A DNA stretch of 64,000 nt. Origin: Diplonema japonicum (lineage: Eukaryota; Protista; Euglenozoa: Diplonemea). Positions 23,330 to 37,500 of the stretch are shown here, one piece after another; positions within the stretch are counted from its first letter, which is position 1; every line of letters begins with the position of its first letter. The stretch covers positions 372,001 through 436,000 of the forward strand of contig OZ025666.1 of assembly GCA_964019335.1 (NCBI GenBank), given 5' to 3'. The position numbers and the translations under genes are program-made. The notes under the pieces are model-generated. The model was not told where the DNA came from, ran no database searches, and saw only the letters and a list, made by a program, of their open reading frames with translations.

Positions 23330-23370
23330 ATATTTAAAGAAAGAACAAAAGGTATACTAACAAACTAAAA

Positions 23371-26300
23371 ATGGCTGAAGCTGTCGATGTTCATGAAGAG
23401 AAGCCTCCCAGCAAAGTGCTTGGGATCGACGAGAGCATTCAAGTGGGTGAAAGAGACGGAGAGCCTGTCACTACCGCGGAGCTCTTCAGGTTCGCAAAAG
23501 GGAAAGAGAAGACCCTCCTTATCATAGGCATCGCAGGTGCTATTGTAACTGGTTCGGCCCTCCCTGTCTTTTCATACCTCTTTGGGAAGATGGTGAACAC
23601 TGTGTCTGGTAAGAATGAAGCTGAAGTCGGCGAAGATGTGGCTAAATGGGCGAAATGGATGGCCATTGCCGCTGGTATTGCCTTCATTTCGGGCTGGATC
23701 ATGATGACCAGTTTCCTCACCTTTGGCGAGAAGCAGGTTAAAACGATCCGAGAGAAGTACTTCGAGTCCCTGATGAGGCAGGAGCCTGGGTGGTTCGACT
23801 TGCAACGAACCGGAGCACTCACAACAAGACTCCATGGCGACACGCAGGTGATCCATGCCGGTATTGGTGAGAAGGCAGGCTTCTTCTTTTTGCACACTTC
23901 AACTATTGTTTTCTCTTATGTTGTGGGGTTTCTCTCCTCGTGGCGACTCACCCTTGTCCTCCTTGGTGTTGTTCCCTTCATTGCATTGTCTAGTCTCTTG
24001 ATGAACCACGTTCTCACCACTGTGACGACGAAGAGCAGGGCAGCCTACGCCCTTGCAGGTACTGTCTCTGAGGAGGTGTTTGGATCAATGAGAACAGTTC
24101 ATGCATTCAGTGCCCACAAGAAGCTCATCGGGATGTACAATGGACACCTTGACAATGCCCGTGATAGCGGGAAGTACCTTGGCTTGTCCACTGGTGGTGG
24201 TGTCGGCATCACGATGTTTATCTTCTTTGCTTCCTATACTGTCGGCTTCTACTACGCCTCCTACCTTGTGAAGTGGGATCTCAACAACATGGGTGACATC
24301 CTCAGTGCCTTCTTTTCCGTCGTGATCGGATCCTTCTCCTTGGGACAGATAGCACCCCCGATGGCCGCCTTCGCTTCGGCACGTGCGGCGGCCTTCCGAG
24401 TTTTCGCAGTGATCGACAGGGAGCCCCGTGTGCAGCCTGGGAAGAAGAAGCTTGAAAACCTGAAGGGGAAGGTCTGCCTTGAGAACCTCACCTTTCGGTA
24501 CCCCTCTCGCACGGACTACCCTGTGTTCAAGAACATGAACATCGAGATGGAGGCGAACAAGACTGTGGCGCTGGTCGGGTTGTCCGGGTGTGGGAAGTCT
24601 TCGATCGTGTCTATCGTGCAGAGGTTTTACGAACCGGCGGCGGGGCAGTTCGGGATCATCCTCGATAACGGGGCGATGAAGGCGTACCCTTACGAGACGA
24701 ACCTTGAGCTCTTGGAGCACAGGCAGAACAGCAAGGGTGGGCAGTTCACTGTCGAGCTTCCCATCACACACGACTCGCAACACCTGAAGAAGTGCTTGGT
24801 GGACTTGGGGGCAGAGACCCACAGTGTTCCCGACACTGACGGTCCGATCCGGTGCGAAGGGGGCAGGTGGTTCTGGGTTGAGAAGGAGCAGAAGGAAGGA
24901 GAGGAGGCTGTGGAGTTCGAGCTCCCCCCTGCAGTGTCCCTGAGGCTGTCACAGGCACAGAACGAGAACGAGCAGGAGGTGAGCCTGGAGCTTGCCTTCG
25001 GGATGTACAAGTTCGACGTGAGCAAGATGAGGAGGACGAACGTGACGCAGCGCATCGTGTACTCCGACAACGGGCAGGTGACTGTGGACGGGACCCCGAT
25101 CGGGAACCTGGACCTGGAGTGGTGGAGGGATCAGATCGGGATGGTGACCCAAGAGCCTGTTCTGTTTGTAGGGTCTGTTTCCGACAACATCCGGATGGGG
25201 AAGAGGGATGCGACGCTGGACGAGATCAAGGACGCTTGCAGGAAGGCACACATCCACCACGTGATTGAGAAGTGGCCTGAGAAGTATGACACGCTTGTGG
25301 GTGAGGGTGGGTCGCAGTTGTCGGGTGGGCAGAAGCAGCGTATCGCGATCGCGAGGGCCATCATCAAGAAGCCACGTGTTTTGATCTTGGACGAGGCCAC
25401 CTCGGCCCTGGACAGAGCGTCGGAGTTACAGGTGCAGAAGGCTTTGGACAAGTTGCTGTCGAGCGAGCACCACGAGAAGCCGACGACCATCGTGATCGCT
25501 CACAGGCTGCAGACAGTGATGAAGGCGGACAAGATCGTTGTGATGCAACCTCCTGCGAACTCGACAAGTGGGAAGGGGGCGAAGATCGTGGAGGTGGGAA
25601 CACACTCGGAACTCTTGGAGAAGAAGGTATGTGTTAATTTGTGTTTTTTAAGTGTCTCTCGATCACACACCACACCTTTAATCAGGGTCATTACGCATCT
25701 CTCTGGAACACCCAGAGCAAGGCTGTTCACACGACTCAGAAGACAAGTGACGCGAATGCACCGAACAAAGGGGACGACGAAGTCAGCAAGGATGATGATG
25801 ATGTCGTGTCTGTGGCCACAAGTGAGGAAGACGATGCACCACTTGCTGTGGGGAAGACGGCCTCTGAACTCAAGAAGGAGAAGAAGGAGGCGATGGAGAA
25901 GAAGGTGGCAGAAAAGAGCAGCTTGGCGAGGGTGGCAAGGCTTGCTGGTCCTTGGAATGTTTGGCTTATTCCTGCGATGATTGGTTGCATCATGAATGGG
26001 GCTGTGTATCCTGTTTATGCTTACCTCTTCACTGAGGCACTTGATGTGTTCAGGGACCTTCAGAACAACCAACCCCTTTCCCCCGCCGGGGCACCGCAAA
26101 TGGTCACTGACAGAGACGAAATCGACAAGTGGGCCCTTTCGTTCCTTGGGGTTGGTGGTCTTGCACTCATTTCAAACATCATGCAGTTTGGCTGCTTTGG
26201 GTACATGGCGGCACAGCTGACACACCGCATCCGCTCCATGCTGTTCGAGCACATCCTTACCCAAGACATGTCCTTCTTCGACATTCCTGACCACGAGAGC

Positions 26301-27749
26301 GGGGCTCTATCAGCTATCCTCTCTGGGAAGGCTGAGGCCATCAACACCATGTTCGGTCCCAACATCGGGATGATCCTCCGCACCCTCTTCTGTCTTGGGA
26401 TCGGGTTTGGAATTGCCTTTTCTGAGCAGTGGAAGCTTACCTTGGTGCTGCTCTCTTCTGTACCTGCTATGATGCTGGCTGGTTTCTTGGAAATGCTTCT
26501 TATGGGTGAAGGCACGGAAGGCACTTCCGGTGGAGCGGCTGGGAGGGTCACAAGCGAGGCCATCTCGAACATCAAAACTGTCTCCGCTTTCAACATGCAG
26601 GACAAGATGCTTAAGGAGTACTCCAAGGCAGGTGAGGGTGAGCTGGCAAAGAAGGAGAAGAGGTCCATCGGTATCGGAGCCGTTTATGGTTTCTCGCAGT
26701 TCTCGCTTCTTGGCACCTTCGCCCTTGCCCTGTGGTATGGTGGAAAACTCATCTCCGATGGGGAGACTGACTTCAGGTCCATGATGCTTGTTCTGATGGA
26801 GGTGACGATGTCCGCCATGGGTGTCGGTGAGTCGATGGGTCTTCAAGGGACTGGTCTCGATGCGCAGGAAGCTGCAGCGGAAGTGTTTGAGATCCTGGAC
26901 ACGAAGTCAAAGGTGGACCAGATGTCATCTGAGGGGAAGAAAGGGGTGATGACAGACTGCAAGATCGACTTCCACGAGGTGACATTCCGGTACCCCACCC
27001 GCCCTAACATGACTGTTCTGAACAAGCTGAACCTTGAGATCCCTTCTGCTGGGGAGAAGGGGATGCAGGTCGGGCTGATCGGGGGCACGGGGAGCGGGAA
27101 GTCTACTGTTCTGCAGCTGTTGCAACGCTTCTACGAGGTCCCGGAGGGGAAGATCGTTGTGGACGGGACGGACCTGAGAGACGTGGACCTGCAGTGGTGG
27201 AGGGAGCAGGTCGGGGTTGTGTCGCAGGAGCCTGTGCTGTTCGCGACGAGCGTGTTGGAGAACATCCGGTTCGGGAAGGAGGATGCGACGCTGGAGGAGG
27301 CGATGGAGGCGGCGAAGCTGGCACACATCCACGACGACATCATGAAGCTCCCCGACCAGTACGAGACGAACGTGGGGGCGAAGGGGTCGCTCTTGTCTGG
27401 GGGTCAGAAGCAGAGGGTGGCGATCGCGAGGGCAATCGTGAAGAAGCCGAGGGTACTGCTCCTGGACGAGGCGACATCGGCACTGGACAACGCGAGCGAG
27501 AAGGAGGTGCAGAGGGCGCTGGACAACGTGATCTCCTCCAGCTCCATGACCACCATCACAATCGCACACAAGCTCACCACCATCCAGCAGGCCGACTCCA
27601 TCACCGTCCTCGACAGGGGTGACATCATCGAGCAAGGGACCCACGAAGAGCTCATGAAGATCGAGAACGGGGACTACAAATCCCGCTTCATGCTTTACCA
27701 CTCCATCGACACAGCTGATGGTGAGGGTGATGCCTCGAACCCATACTAG
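23371..27749 (+). CDS. ABCB1/MDR-like transporter, copy 2; intron 25627-25685
   Basis: Same architecture and identical intron. Substitutions relative to copy 1 lie mostly in TM helices. Confidence 0.95.
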
Positions 27750-28696
27750 GCGTAGAATAACTTAGGTCGATTTAAATTTCTGTTACTCAAAAAATTCAAC
27801 TATTGTGCACAAGTACCTAAGTATATATGATTATTGCGACGGAACCTGTTCACCTGTTCTATTTGTGCTTTCAAGTTCAAGGACTGTTTGCTGAATTCCT
27901 TTTATGATATTCGTGCTTTCAAAGTTTTTCTTTTTTTTTTTAGGCGATCTGTCACATACTGCAGGTTCCCTTAAAGGTCATCTTTTTTTAATATATCTTC
28001 TTACTTCTTTCTAGCTTTCTTCCCTGCACTGCTTTAATTTTGATTTTTTTTTTTTTACTCTTCCTTGTTTTTCTGATGGGTTGTTACAGGTATCCACGCA
28101 TCATTGTGATTTTTAATTTTTGCTTTTCTGCGCTATGAAGACATTCGATTAATTTTTTGAAGTTGAACATCACAAAAAGTGCACACAAAAATGGCCCCTT
28201 AGTGAAGAAATGAAAAAAAACGAGTTGAGTGTCGTCTGAATAGAAAGATTCGTTTTTTTTTTAATTTGTTCTTTTCTCTCTGCTCGTTTTCTTGTTATAA
28301 GACACGAGCGGAAATTTAAGGAATAAATTAATGGCGTTTTTAACATCATTTGGGCGAACATTTAAACACGTTTTTCTTTTCCCACAATACTTGGCCTATT
28401 TGGCAATCAGCGCACGCAAGAGACATCCAGGATATCTTACATTTTTCGCAAGGCATCCATACCGTCAGCCTCCGTCTGTGCGCCATGGTTGTGTTCTGTT
28501 TAAACATAGCTAGTCACACTTGTTACCTCTCTTCTTGGTGTGTATTTTCTTTGTTTCTTCTCTCTTTTAAATGAGAAGTCTGGTTGTGGTCAAGCACTCT
28601 TTTTTTTTCTTCTTTTTTTCACCTTCTTCTCTGTATTTATTCTTTTCCAGACGTTCACTGTCTTTTTTTTTTCCCTCTAATTTAGCACAGATAAAC

Positions 28697-31600
28697 ATGG
28701 AAGAGAAGCCCCCCAGTAGAATGCTTGGGATCGACGAGAGCATTCAAGTGGGTGAAAGAGACGGAGAGCCTGTCACTACCGCGGAGCTCTTCAGGTTCGC
28801 AAAAGGGCCAGAGAAGACCCTCCTTATCACTGGCATTATTGGTGCCGTTGTGGTAGGTGCTGCTTTCCCTATCTTCTCGTACCTCTTTGGGAAGATGGTG
28901 AACGAGGCATCTGGTGAAAACGAGGCTGAGGTTGGCGAGGACGTGGCGAAGTGGGCGAAATGGATGGCCATTGCCGCTGGTTTTACCTTCATTTCAGGCT
29001 GGGTCATGATGAGCAGTTTCCTCATCTCTAGCGAGAAGCAGACCCAAAAGATCCGAGAGAAGTACTTCGAGTCCCTGATGAGGCAGGAGCCTGGGTGGTT
29101 CGACTTGCAACGAACCGGAGCACTCACAACAAGACTCCATGGCGACACGCAGGTAATCCATGCTGGTATTGGTGAGAAGGCAGGCTTCTTCTTCATGCAT
29201 ACCTCCACAGTTGTTCTCTCTTATGTTGTGGGGTTTCTCTCCTCGTGGCGACTCACCCTTGTCCTCCTTGGTGTTGTTCCCTTCATTACATTGGCTGGTG
29301 GGTTGATGAACTACGTTCTCACCACTGTGACGACGAAGAGCAGGGCAGCCTACGCCCTTGCAGGTGCTGTCTCTGAGGAGGTGTTTGGATCAATGAGAAC
29401 AGTTCATGCATTCAGTGCCCACAAGAAGCTCATCGGGATGTACAATGGACACCTTGACAATGCCCGTGATAGCGGGAAGTACCTTGGCTTGTCCACTGGT
29501 GGTGGTGTCGGCATCACGATGTTTATCTTCTTTGCTTCCTATACTGTCGGCTTCTACTACGCCTCCTACCTTGTGAAGTGGGATCTCAACAACATGGGTG
29601 ACATCCTCAGTGCCTTCTTTGCCATTGTGATCGGATCCTTCTCCTTGGGACAGATAGCACCCCCGATGGCCGCCTTCGCTTCGGCACGTGCGGCGGCCTT
29701 CCGGGTTTTCGCAGTGATCGACAGGGAGCCCCGTGTGCAGCCTGGGAAGAAGAAGCTTGAAAACCTGAAGGGGAAGGTCTGCCTTGAGAACCTCACCTTT
29801 CGGTACCCCTCTCGCACGGACTACCCTGTGTTCAAGAACATGAACATCGAGATGGAGGCGAACAAGACTGTGGCGCTGGTCGGGTTGTCCGGGTGTGGGA
29901 AGTCTTCGATCGTGTCTATCGTGCAGAGGTTTTACGAACCGGCGGCGGGGCAGTTCGGGATCATCCTCGATAACGGGGCGATGAAGGCGTACCCTTACGA
30001 GACGAACCTTGAGCTCTTGGAGCACAGGCAGAACAGCAAGGGTGGGCAGTTCACTGTCGAGCTTCCCATCACACACGACTCGCAACACCTGAAGAAGTGC
30101 TTGGTGGACTTGGGGGCAGAGACCCACAGTGTTCCCGACACTGACGGTCCGATCCGGTGCGAAGGGGGCAGGTGGTTCTGGGTTGAGAAGGAGCAGAAGG
30201 AAGGAGAGGAGGCTGTGGAGTTCGAGCTCCCCCCTGCAGTGTCCCTGAGGCTGTCACAGGCACAGAACGAGAACGAGCAGGAGGTGAGCCTGGAGCTTGC
30301 CTTCGGGATGTACAAGTTCGACGTGAGCAAGATGAGGAGGACGAACGTGACGCAGCGCATCGTGTACTCCGACAACGGGCAGGTGACTGTGGACGGGACC
30401 CCGATCGGGAACCTGGACCTGGAGTGGTGGAGGGATCAGATCGGGATGGTGACCCAAGAGCCTGTTCTGTTTGTAGGGTCTGTTTCCGACAACATCCGGA
30501 TGGGGAAGAGGGATGCGACGCTGGACGAGATCAAGGACGCTTGCAGGAAGGCACACATCCACCACGTGATTGAGAAGTGGCCTGAGAAGTATGACACGCT
30601 TGTGGGTGAGGGTGGGTCGCAGTTGTCGGGTGGGCAGAAGCAGCGTATCGCGATCGCGAGGGCCATCATCAAGAAGCCACGTGTTTTGATCTTGGACGAG
30701 GCCACCTCGGCCCTGGACAGAGCGTCGGAGTTACAGGTGCAGAAGGCTTTGGACAAGTTGCTGTCGAGCGAGCACCACGAGAAGCCGACGACCATCGTGA
30801 TCGCTCACAGGCTGCAGACAGTGATGAAGGCGGACAAGATCGTTGTGATGCAACCTCCTGCGAACTCGACAAGTGGGAAGGGGGCGAAGATCGTGGAGGT
30901 GGGAACACACTCGGAACTCTTGGAGAAGAAGGTATGTGTTAATTTGTGTTTTTTAAGTGTCTCTCGATCACACACCACACCTTTAATCAGGGTCATTACG
31001 CATCTCTCTGGAACACCCAGAGCAAGGCTGTTCACACGACTCAGAAGACAAGTGACGCGAATGCACCGAACAAAGGGGACGACGAAGTCAGCAAGGATGA
31101 TGATGATGTCGTGTCTGTGGCCACAAGTGAGGAAGACGATGCACCACTTGCTGTGGGGAAGACGGCCTCTGAACTCAAGAAGGAGAAGAAGGAGGCGATG
31201 GAGAAGAAGGTGGCAGAAAAGAGCAGCTTGGCGAGGGTGGCAAGGCTTGCTGGTCCTTGGAATGTTTGGCTTATTCCTGCGATGATTGGTTGCATCATGA
31301 ATGGGGCTGTGTATCCTGTTTATGCTTACCTCTTCACTGAGGCACTTGATGTGTTCAGGGACCTTCAGAACAACCAACCCCTTTCCCCCGCCGGGGCACC
31401 GCAAATGGTCACTGACAGAGACGAAATCGACAAGTGGGCCCTTTCGTTCCTTGGGGTTGGTGGTCTTGCACTCATTTCAAACATCATGCAGTTTGGCTGC
31501 TTTGGGTACATGGCGGCACAGCTGACACACCGCATCCGCTCCATGCTGTTCGAGCACATCCTTACCCAAGACATGTCCTTCTTCGACATTCCTGACCACG

Positions 31601-33060
31601 AGAGCGGGGCTCTATCAGCTATCCTCTCTGGGAAGGCTGAGGCCATCAACACCATGTTCGGTCCCAACATCGGGATGATCCTCCGCACCCTCTTCTGTCT
31701 TGGGATCGGGTTTGGAATTGCCTTTTCTGAGCAGTGGAAGCTTACCTTGGTGCTGCTCTCTTCTGTACCTGCTATGATGCTGGCTGGCTTCTTGAACACG
31801 CTGCTTATCGGTGAAGGCATGGGAGGCACTTCCGGTGGAGCGGCTGGGAGGGTCACAAGCGAGGCCATCTCGAACATCAAAACTGTCTCCGCTTTCAACA
31901 TGCAGGACAAGATGCTTGAAGTGTACTCCAAGGCAGGTGAGGGTGAGCTGGCAAAGAAGGAGAAGAGGTCCATCGGTATCGGAGCTTCTTTCGGTTTCTC
32001 GCAGTTCTCGATGCTTGGCACCTTCGCCCTTGCCCTGTGGTATGGTGGGAGGCTCATCTCCGATGGGGAGACTGACTTCAGGTCCATGATGCTTGTTCTG
32101 ATGGAGGTGACGATGTCCGCCATGGGTGTCGGTGAGGCAATGGGTCTTCAAGGGACTGGTCTCGATGCGAAGGAAGCTGCAGCGGAAGTGTTTGAGATCC
32201 TGGACACGAAGTCGAAGGTGGACCAGATGTCATCTGAGGGGAAGAAAGGGGTGATGACAGACTGCAAGATCGACTTCCACGAGGTGACATTCCGGTACCC
32301 CACCCGCCCTAACATGACTGTTCTGAACAAGCTGAACCTTGAGATCCCTTCTGCTGGGGAGAAGGGGATGCAGGTCGGGCTGATCGGGGGCACGGGGAGC
32401 GGGAAGTCTACTGTTCTGCAGCTGTTGCAACGCTTCTACGAGGTCCCGGAGGGGAAGATCGTTGTGGACGGGACGGACCTGAGAGACGTGGACCTGCAGT
32501 GGTGGAGGGAGCAGGTCGGGGTTGTGTCGCAGGAGCCTGTGCTGTTCGCGACGAGCGTGTTGGAGAACATCCGGTTCGGGAAGGAGGATGCGACGCTGGA
32601 GGAGGCGATGGAGGCGGCGAAGCTGGCACACATCCACGACGACATCATGAAGCTCCCCGACCAGTACGAGACGAACGTGGGGGCGAAGGGGTCGCTCTTG
32701 TCTGGGGGTCAGAAGCAGAGGGTGGCGATCGCGAGGGCAATCGTGAAGAAGCCGAGGGTACTGCTCCTGGACGAGGCGACATCGGCACTGGACAACGCGA
32801 GCGAGAAGGAGGTGCAGAGGGCGCTGGACAACGTGATCTCCTCCAGCTCCATGACCACCATCACAATCGCACACAAGCTCACCACCATCCAGCAGGCCGA
32901 CTCCATCACCGTCCTCGACAGGGGTGACATCATCGAGCAAGGGACCCACGAAGAGCTCATGAAGATCGAGAACGGGGACTACAAATCCCGCTTCTTGCTT
33001 TACCACTCCATCGACACGTGTGTAGCTGATGGTGAGGGTGATGCCTCGAACCCCTTTTAA
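28697..33060 (+). CDS. ABCB1/MDR-like transporter, copy 3; intron 30932-30990
   Basis: Same architecture; a mosaic of copy 1 and copy 2 segments. Confidence 0.95.
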
Positions 33061-33504
33061 GACAATAGATTGGAAATATTTGTTTTTGCTAATCTTTTTT
33101 TTAATAGTTATCTGAGCATCTTTTTTATTTGTTTTTTCATCACCACCATATAGTACCTTATAGCATTTTTTTTTTTCTGGTATAGCACCGTCTCGCACCC
33201 TCATGTTTTAATTCTCTTTGAATGATCTTTTTATGAAGCAATAAAGAAGAATTTCGTGGTAATCGAGAGAATTTAAGGGATAAAGGCATTCGAGGGGAGA
33301 CGCTGTTTTGATTCATTTTAACCAAACTCCGAGATTTCTTTTTTATCAAATGCGGTTCAGGATACAACGCACACAAGACCATTCTTACTGTGCACGACTT
33401 CTGACCGCCAAGGAGAATCGACTCAATTATTCATCTAACCTATCGTTTAAAGCCGTTGATTCTTCTTCTTTTTTTTTCGGGGGGCGGTATTATCATGTCG
33501 AACG

Positions 33505-33970
33505 ATCAGCAGGGGGACAGTAAAGGACCCGGCCCACCTCCAAGTGGTGCAGACGGGCCGGGACGGGGCAAAACAGCAAACGTGGGCTGAGCAAGCACGA
33601 AAAGCGGTAGGAAAGGTGGTGAAGGTGGACCACACTTTGTTACCAACGATAGCAAAGGAGCAGAGGACGAACAAGAAGACGCCGCAGGGACAAGGGAAGG
33701 GGCAGAAGGACTCATTCAGAGCCATCCTGGGGCATGGGCGGCACCGAGAGAATGTGAGATGGCGAAGGGAGACCCGAAAGCATCTCTCAAAGCTTTCATG
33801 GGGGACGTAGCAGCGGTGATGGGGGAACCGCTAAAAAGAGAGGGGAGGAAGCCAGGGGAGGAGTGTGTAGACATCCTCATCTGGGTCAACAGGAAGGAAG
33901 CAGAAGCCAAGGGAGCGGGCTGAAGGGAGATAGGGGCAGGTAGAAGAACAAGACAGGACGTCCCAGATCA
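33505..33970 (+). other. Purine-rich GC island, possible degenerate retroelement
   Basis: Abrupt composition shift in an AT-rich spacer. The 5' motif CCGGCCCACCTCCAAGTGGTGCAG resembles the ingi/L1Tc 5' signature. Confidence 0.3.
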
Positions 33971-34183
33971 GGGATTTCCTTTTACCTCTTTATTTTTTTT
34001 TCTTTCTTTTTTTTGGAGTCGAGCCATCTTTAGAAACATACGAGCCTCTTAGTTGGTACATACTGTTACAAGACGCACAGTGGGCAAAATGAAAGGCATT
34101 CAGGACCCTTCTCCCCCTCCCTCCCGGTAAGTAGTCAGATATCTTGAGCAACTAACTCTACATTCATGACATCCCGACATCTT

Positions 34184-34232
<49 letters not shown>

Positions 34233-34587
34233 CACTTCATCCTTTCTTGCTTTCAATGTGTTTTTTATTTTCTCTTTCACTGCGATTTGAAATACATATT
34301 TGTGAAAGTGAGTATCCCTCTCTGCAAACTTCAACATTTTAATGATTTTTTTTTCTTCTTTTTTTTTTTTTATAGCTTTTTGCTAAGTACCGTATTTAGT
34401 AAGTTTTTTTGAACACAGATCTTGGCAAGGTCTGCAAGTTTTCGTGAGCTTACATAGTTAACTTGATAACTTAACTTCTGGTTCGATTTATTTTTTTTTT
34501 CATAGCTGAATTCTTTTAAAATACAGTAGTTTATTTTACAGTCATTTATCTTTTTTAAAAAAAAAGTGAAAAAGCGCTTATCAACAA

Positions 34588-37500
34588 ATGGCCGATGTAT
34601 CTGAAGAGAAGCCCCCGAGCAAAGTGCTTGGGATCGACGAGAGCATTCAAGTGGGTGAAAGAGACGGAGAGCCTGTCACCACCTCGGAGCTCTTCAGGTT
34701 CGCAAAAGGGCCAGAGAAGACCCTCCTTATCACTGGCATTATTGGTGCAGTCTTCGTCGGTGCCGCTCTCCCTATTTTCTCGTACCTCTTTGGGAAGATG
34801 GTGAACGAGGCATCTGGTGAAAACGAGGCTGAGGTTGGCGAGGACGTGGCGAAGTGGGCGAAATGGATGGCCATTGCCGCTGGTATTGCTTTCATTGCAG
34901 GCTGGATCATGATGAGCAGTTTCCTCATCTCTGGTGAGAAGCAGACCCAAAAGATCCGAGAGAAGTACTTCGAGTCCCTGATGAGGCAGGAGCCTGGGTG
35001 GTTCGACTTGCAACGAACCGGAGCACTCACAACAAGACTCCATGGCGACACGCAGGTGATCCATGCCGGTATTGGTGAGAAGGCAGGCTTCTTCTTCATG
35101 CATACCTCCACAGTTGTTCTCTCTTATGTTGTGGGGTTTCTCTCCTCGTGGCGACTCACCCTTGTCCTCCTTGGTGTTGTTCCCTTCTTGGCCGTGGCTG
35201 GTGGGTTGATGCACTACGTTCTCACCACTGTGACGACGAAGAGCAGGGCAGCCTACGCCCTTGCAGGTGCTGTCTCTGAGGAGGTGTTTGGATCAATGAG
35301 AACAGTTCATGCATTCAGTGCCCACAAGAAGCTCGTTGGGATGTACAATGGACACCTTGACAATGCCCGTGATAGCGGGATGTACCTTGGTGTGTCCACT
35401 GGTGGTGGTATCGGCATCACGATGTTGCTCTTCTTCGCCTCGTACTGCGTCGGCTTCTACTACGCCTCCTACCTTGTGAAGTGGGATCTCAACAACATGG
35501 GTGACATCCTCAGTGCCTTCTTTGCCATTGTGATCGGATCCTTCTCCTTGGGACAGATAGCACCCCCGATGGCCGCCTTCGCTTCGGCACGTGCGGCGGC
35601 CTTCCGAGTTTTCGCAGTGATCGACAGGGAGCCCCGTGTGCAGCCTGGGAAGAAGAAGCTTGAAAACCTGAAGGGGAGGGTCTGCCTTGAGAACCTCACC
35701 TTTCGGTACCCCTCTCGCACGGACTACCCTGTGTTCAAGAACATGAACATCGAGATGGAGGCGAACAAGACTGTGGCGCTGGTCGGGTTGTCCGGGTGTG
35801 GGAAGTCTTCGATCGTGTCTATCGTGCAGAGGTTTTACGAACCGGCGGCGGGGCAGTTCGGGATCATCCTCGATAACGGGGCGATGAAGGCGTACCCTTA
35901 CGAGACGAACCTTGAGCTCTTGGAGCACAGGCAGAACAGCAAGGGTGGGCAGTTCACTGTCGAGCTTCCCATCACACACGACTCGCAACACCTGAAGAAG
36001 TGCTTGGTGGACTTGGGGGCAGAGACCCACAGTGTTCCCGACACTGACGGTCCGATCCGGTGCGAAGGGGGCAGGTGGTTCTGGGTTGAGAAGGAGCAGA
36101 AGGAAGGAGAGGAGGCTGTGGAGTTCGAGCTCCCCCCTGCAGTGTCCCTGAGGCTGTCACAGGCACAGAACGAGAACGAGCAGGAGGTGAGCCTGGAGCT
36201 TGCCTTCGGGATGTACAAGTTCGACGTGAGCAAGATGAGGAGGACGAACGTGACGCAGCGCATCGTGTACTCCGACAACGGGCAGGTGACTGTGGACGGG
36301 ACCCCGATCGGGAACCTGGACCTGGAGTGGTGGAGGGATCAGATCGGGATGGTGACCCAAGAGCCTGTTCTGTTTGTAGGGTCTGTTTCCGACAACATCC
36401 GGATGGGGAAGAGGGATGCGACGCTGGACGAGATCAAGGACGCTTGCAGGAAGGCACACATCCACCACGTGATTGAGAAGTGGCCTGAGAAGTATGACAC
36501 GCTTGTGGGTGAGGGTGGGTCGCAGTTGTCGGGTGGGCAGAAGCAGCGTATCGCGATCGCGAGGGCCATCATCAAGAAGCCACGTGTTTTGATCTTGGAC
36601 GAGGCCACCTCGGCCCTGGACAGGGCGTCGGAGTTACAGGTGCAGAAGGCTTTGGACAAGTTGCTGTCGAGCGAGCACCACGAGAAGCCGACGACCATCG
36701 TGATCGCTCACAGGCTGCAGACAGTGATGAAGGCGGACAAGATCGTTGTGATGCAACCTCCTGCGAACTCGACAAGTGGGAAGGGGGCGAAGATCGTGGA
36801 GGTGGGAACACACTCGGAACTCTTGGAGAAGAAGGTATGTGTTAATTTGTGTTTTTTAAGTGTCTCTCGATCACACACCACACCTTTAATCAGGGTCATT
36901 ACGCATCTCTCTGGAACACCCAGAGCAAGGCTGTTCACACGACTCAGAAGACAAGTGACGCGAATGCACCGAACAAAGGGGACGACGAAGTCAGCAAGGA
37001 TGATGATGATGTCGTGTCTGTGGCCACAAGTGAGGAAGACGATGCACCACTTGCTGTGGGGAAGACGGCCTCTGAACTCAAGAAGGAGAAGAAGGAGGCG
37101 ATGGAGAAGAAGGTGGCAGAAAAGAGCAGCTTGGCGAGGGTGGCAAGGCTTGCTGGTCCTTGGAATGTTTGGCTTATTCCTGCGATGATTGGTTGCATCA
37201 TGAATGGGGCTGTGTATCCTATTTATGCTTACCTCTTCACTGAGGCACTTGATGTGTTCAGGGACCTTCAGAACAACAAGCCTCTTTCCCCCGCAGGGGC
37301 GCCACAGGAGGTCACTGACAGAGACGAAATTGATGTCTGGGCCTTCATGTTCCTGGCACTTGGTGGCTGGGCTCTTATCGCTAACATCATGCAATTCGGC
37401 AGCTTCGGGTACATGGCGGCACAGCTGACACACCGCATCCGCTCCATGCTGTTCGAGCACATCCTTACCCAAGACATGTCCTTCTTCGACATTCCTGACC

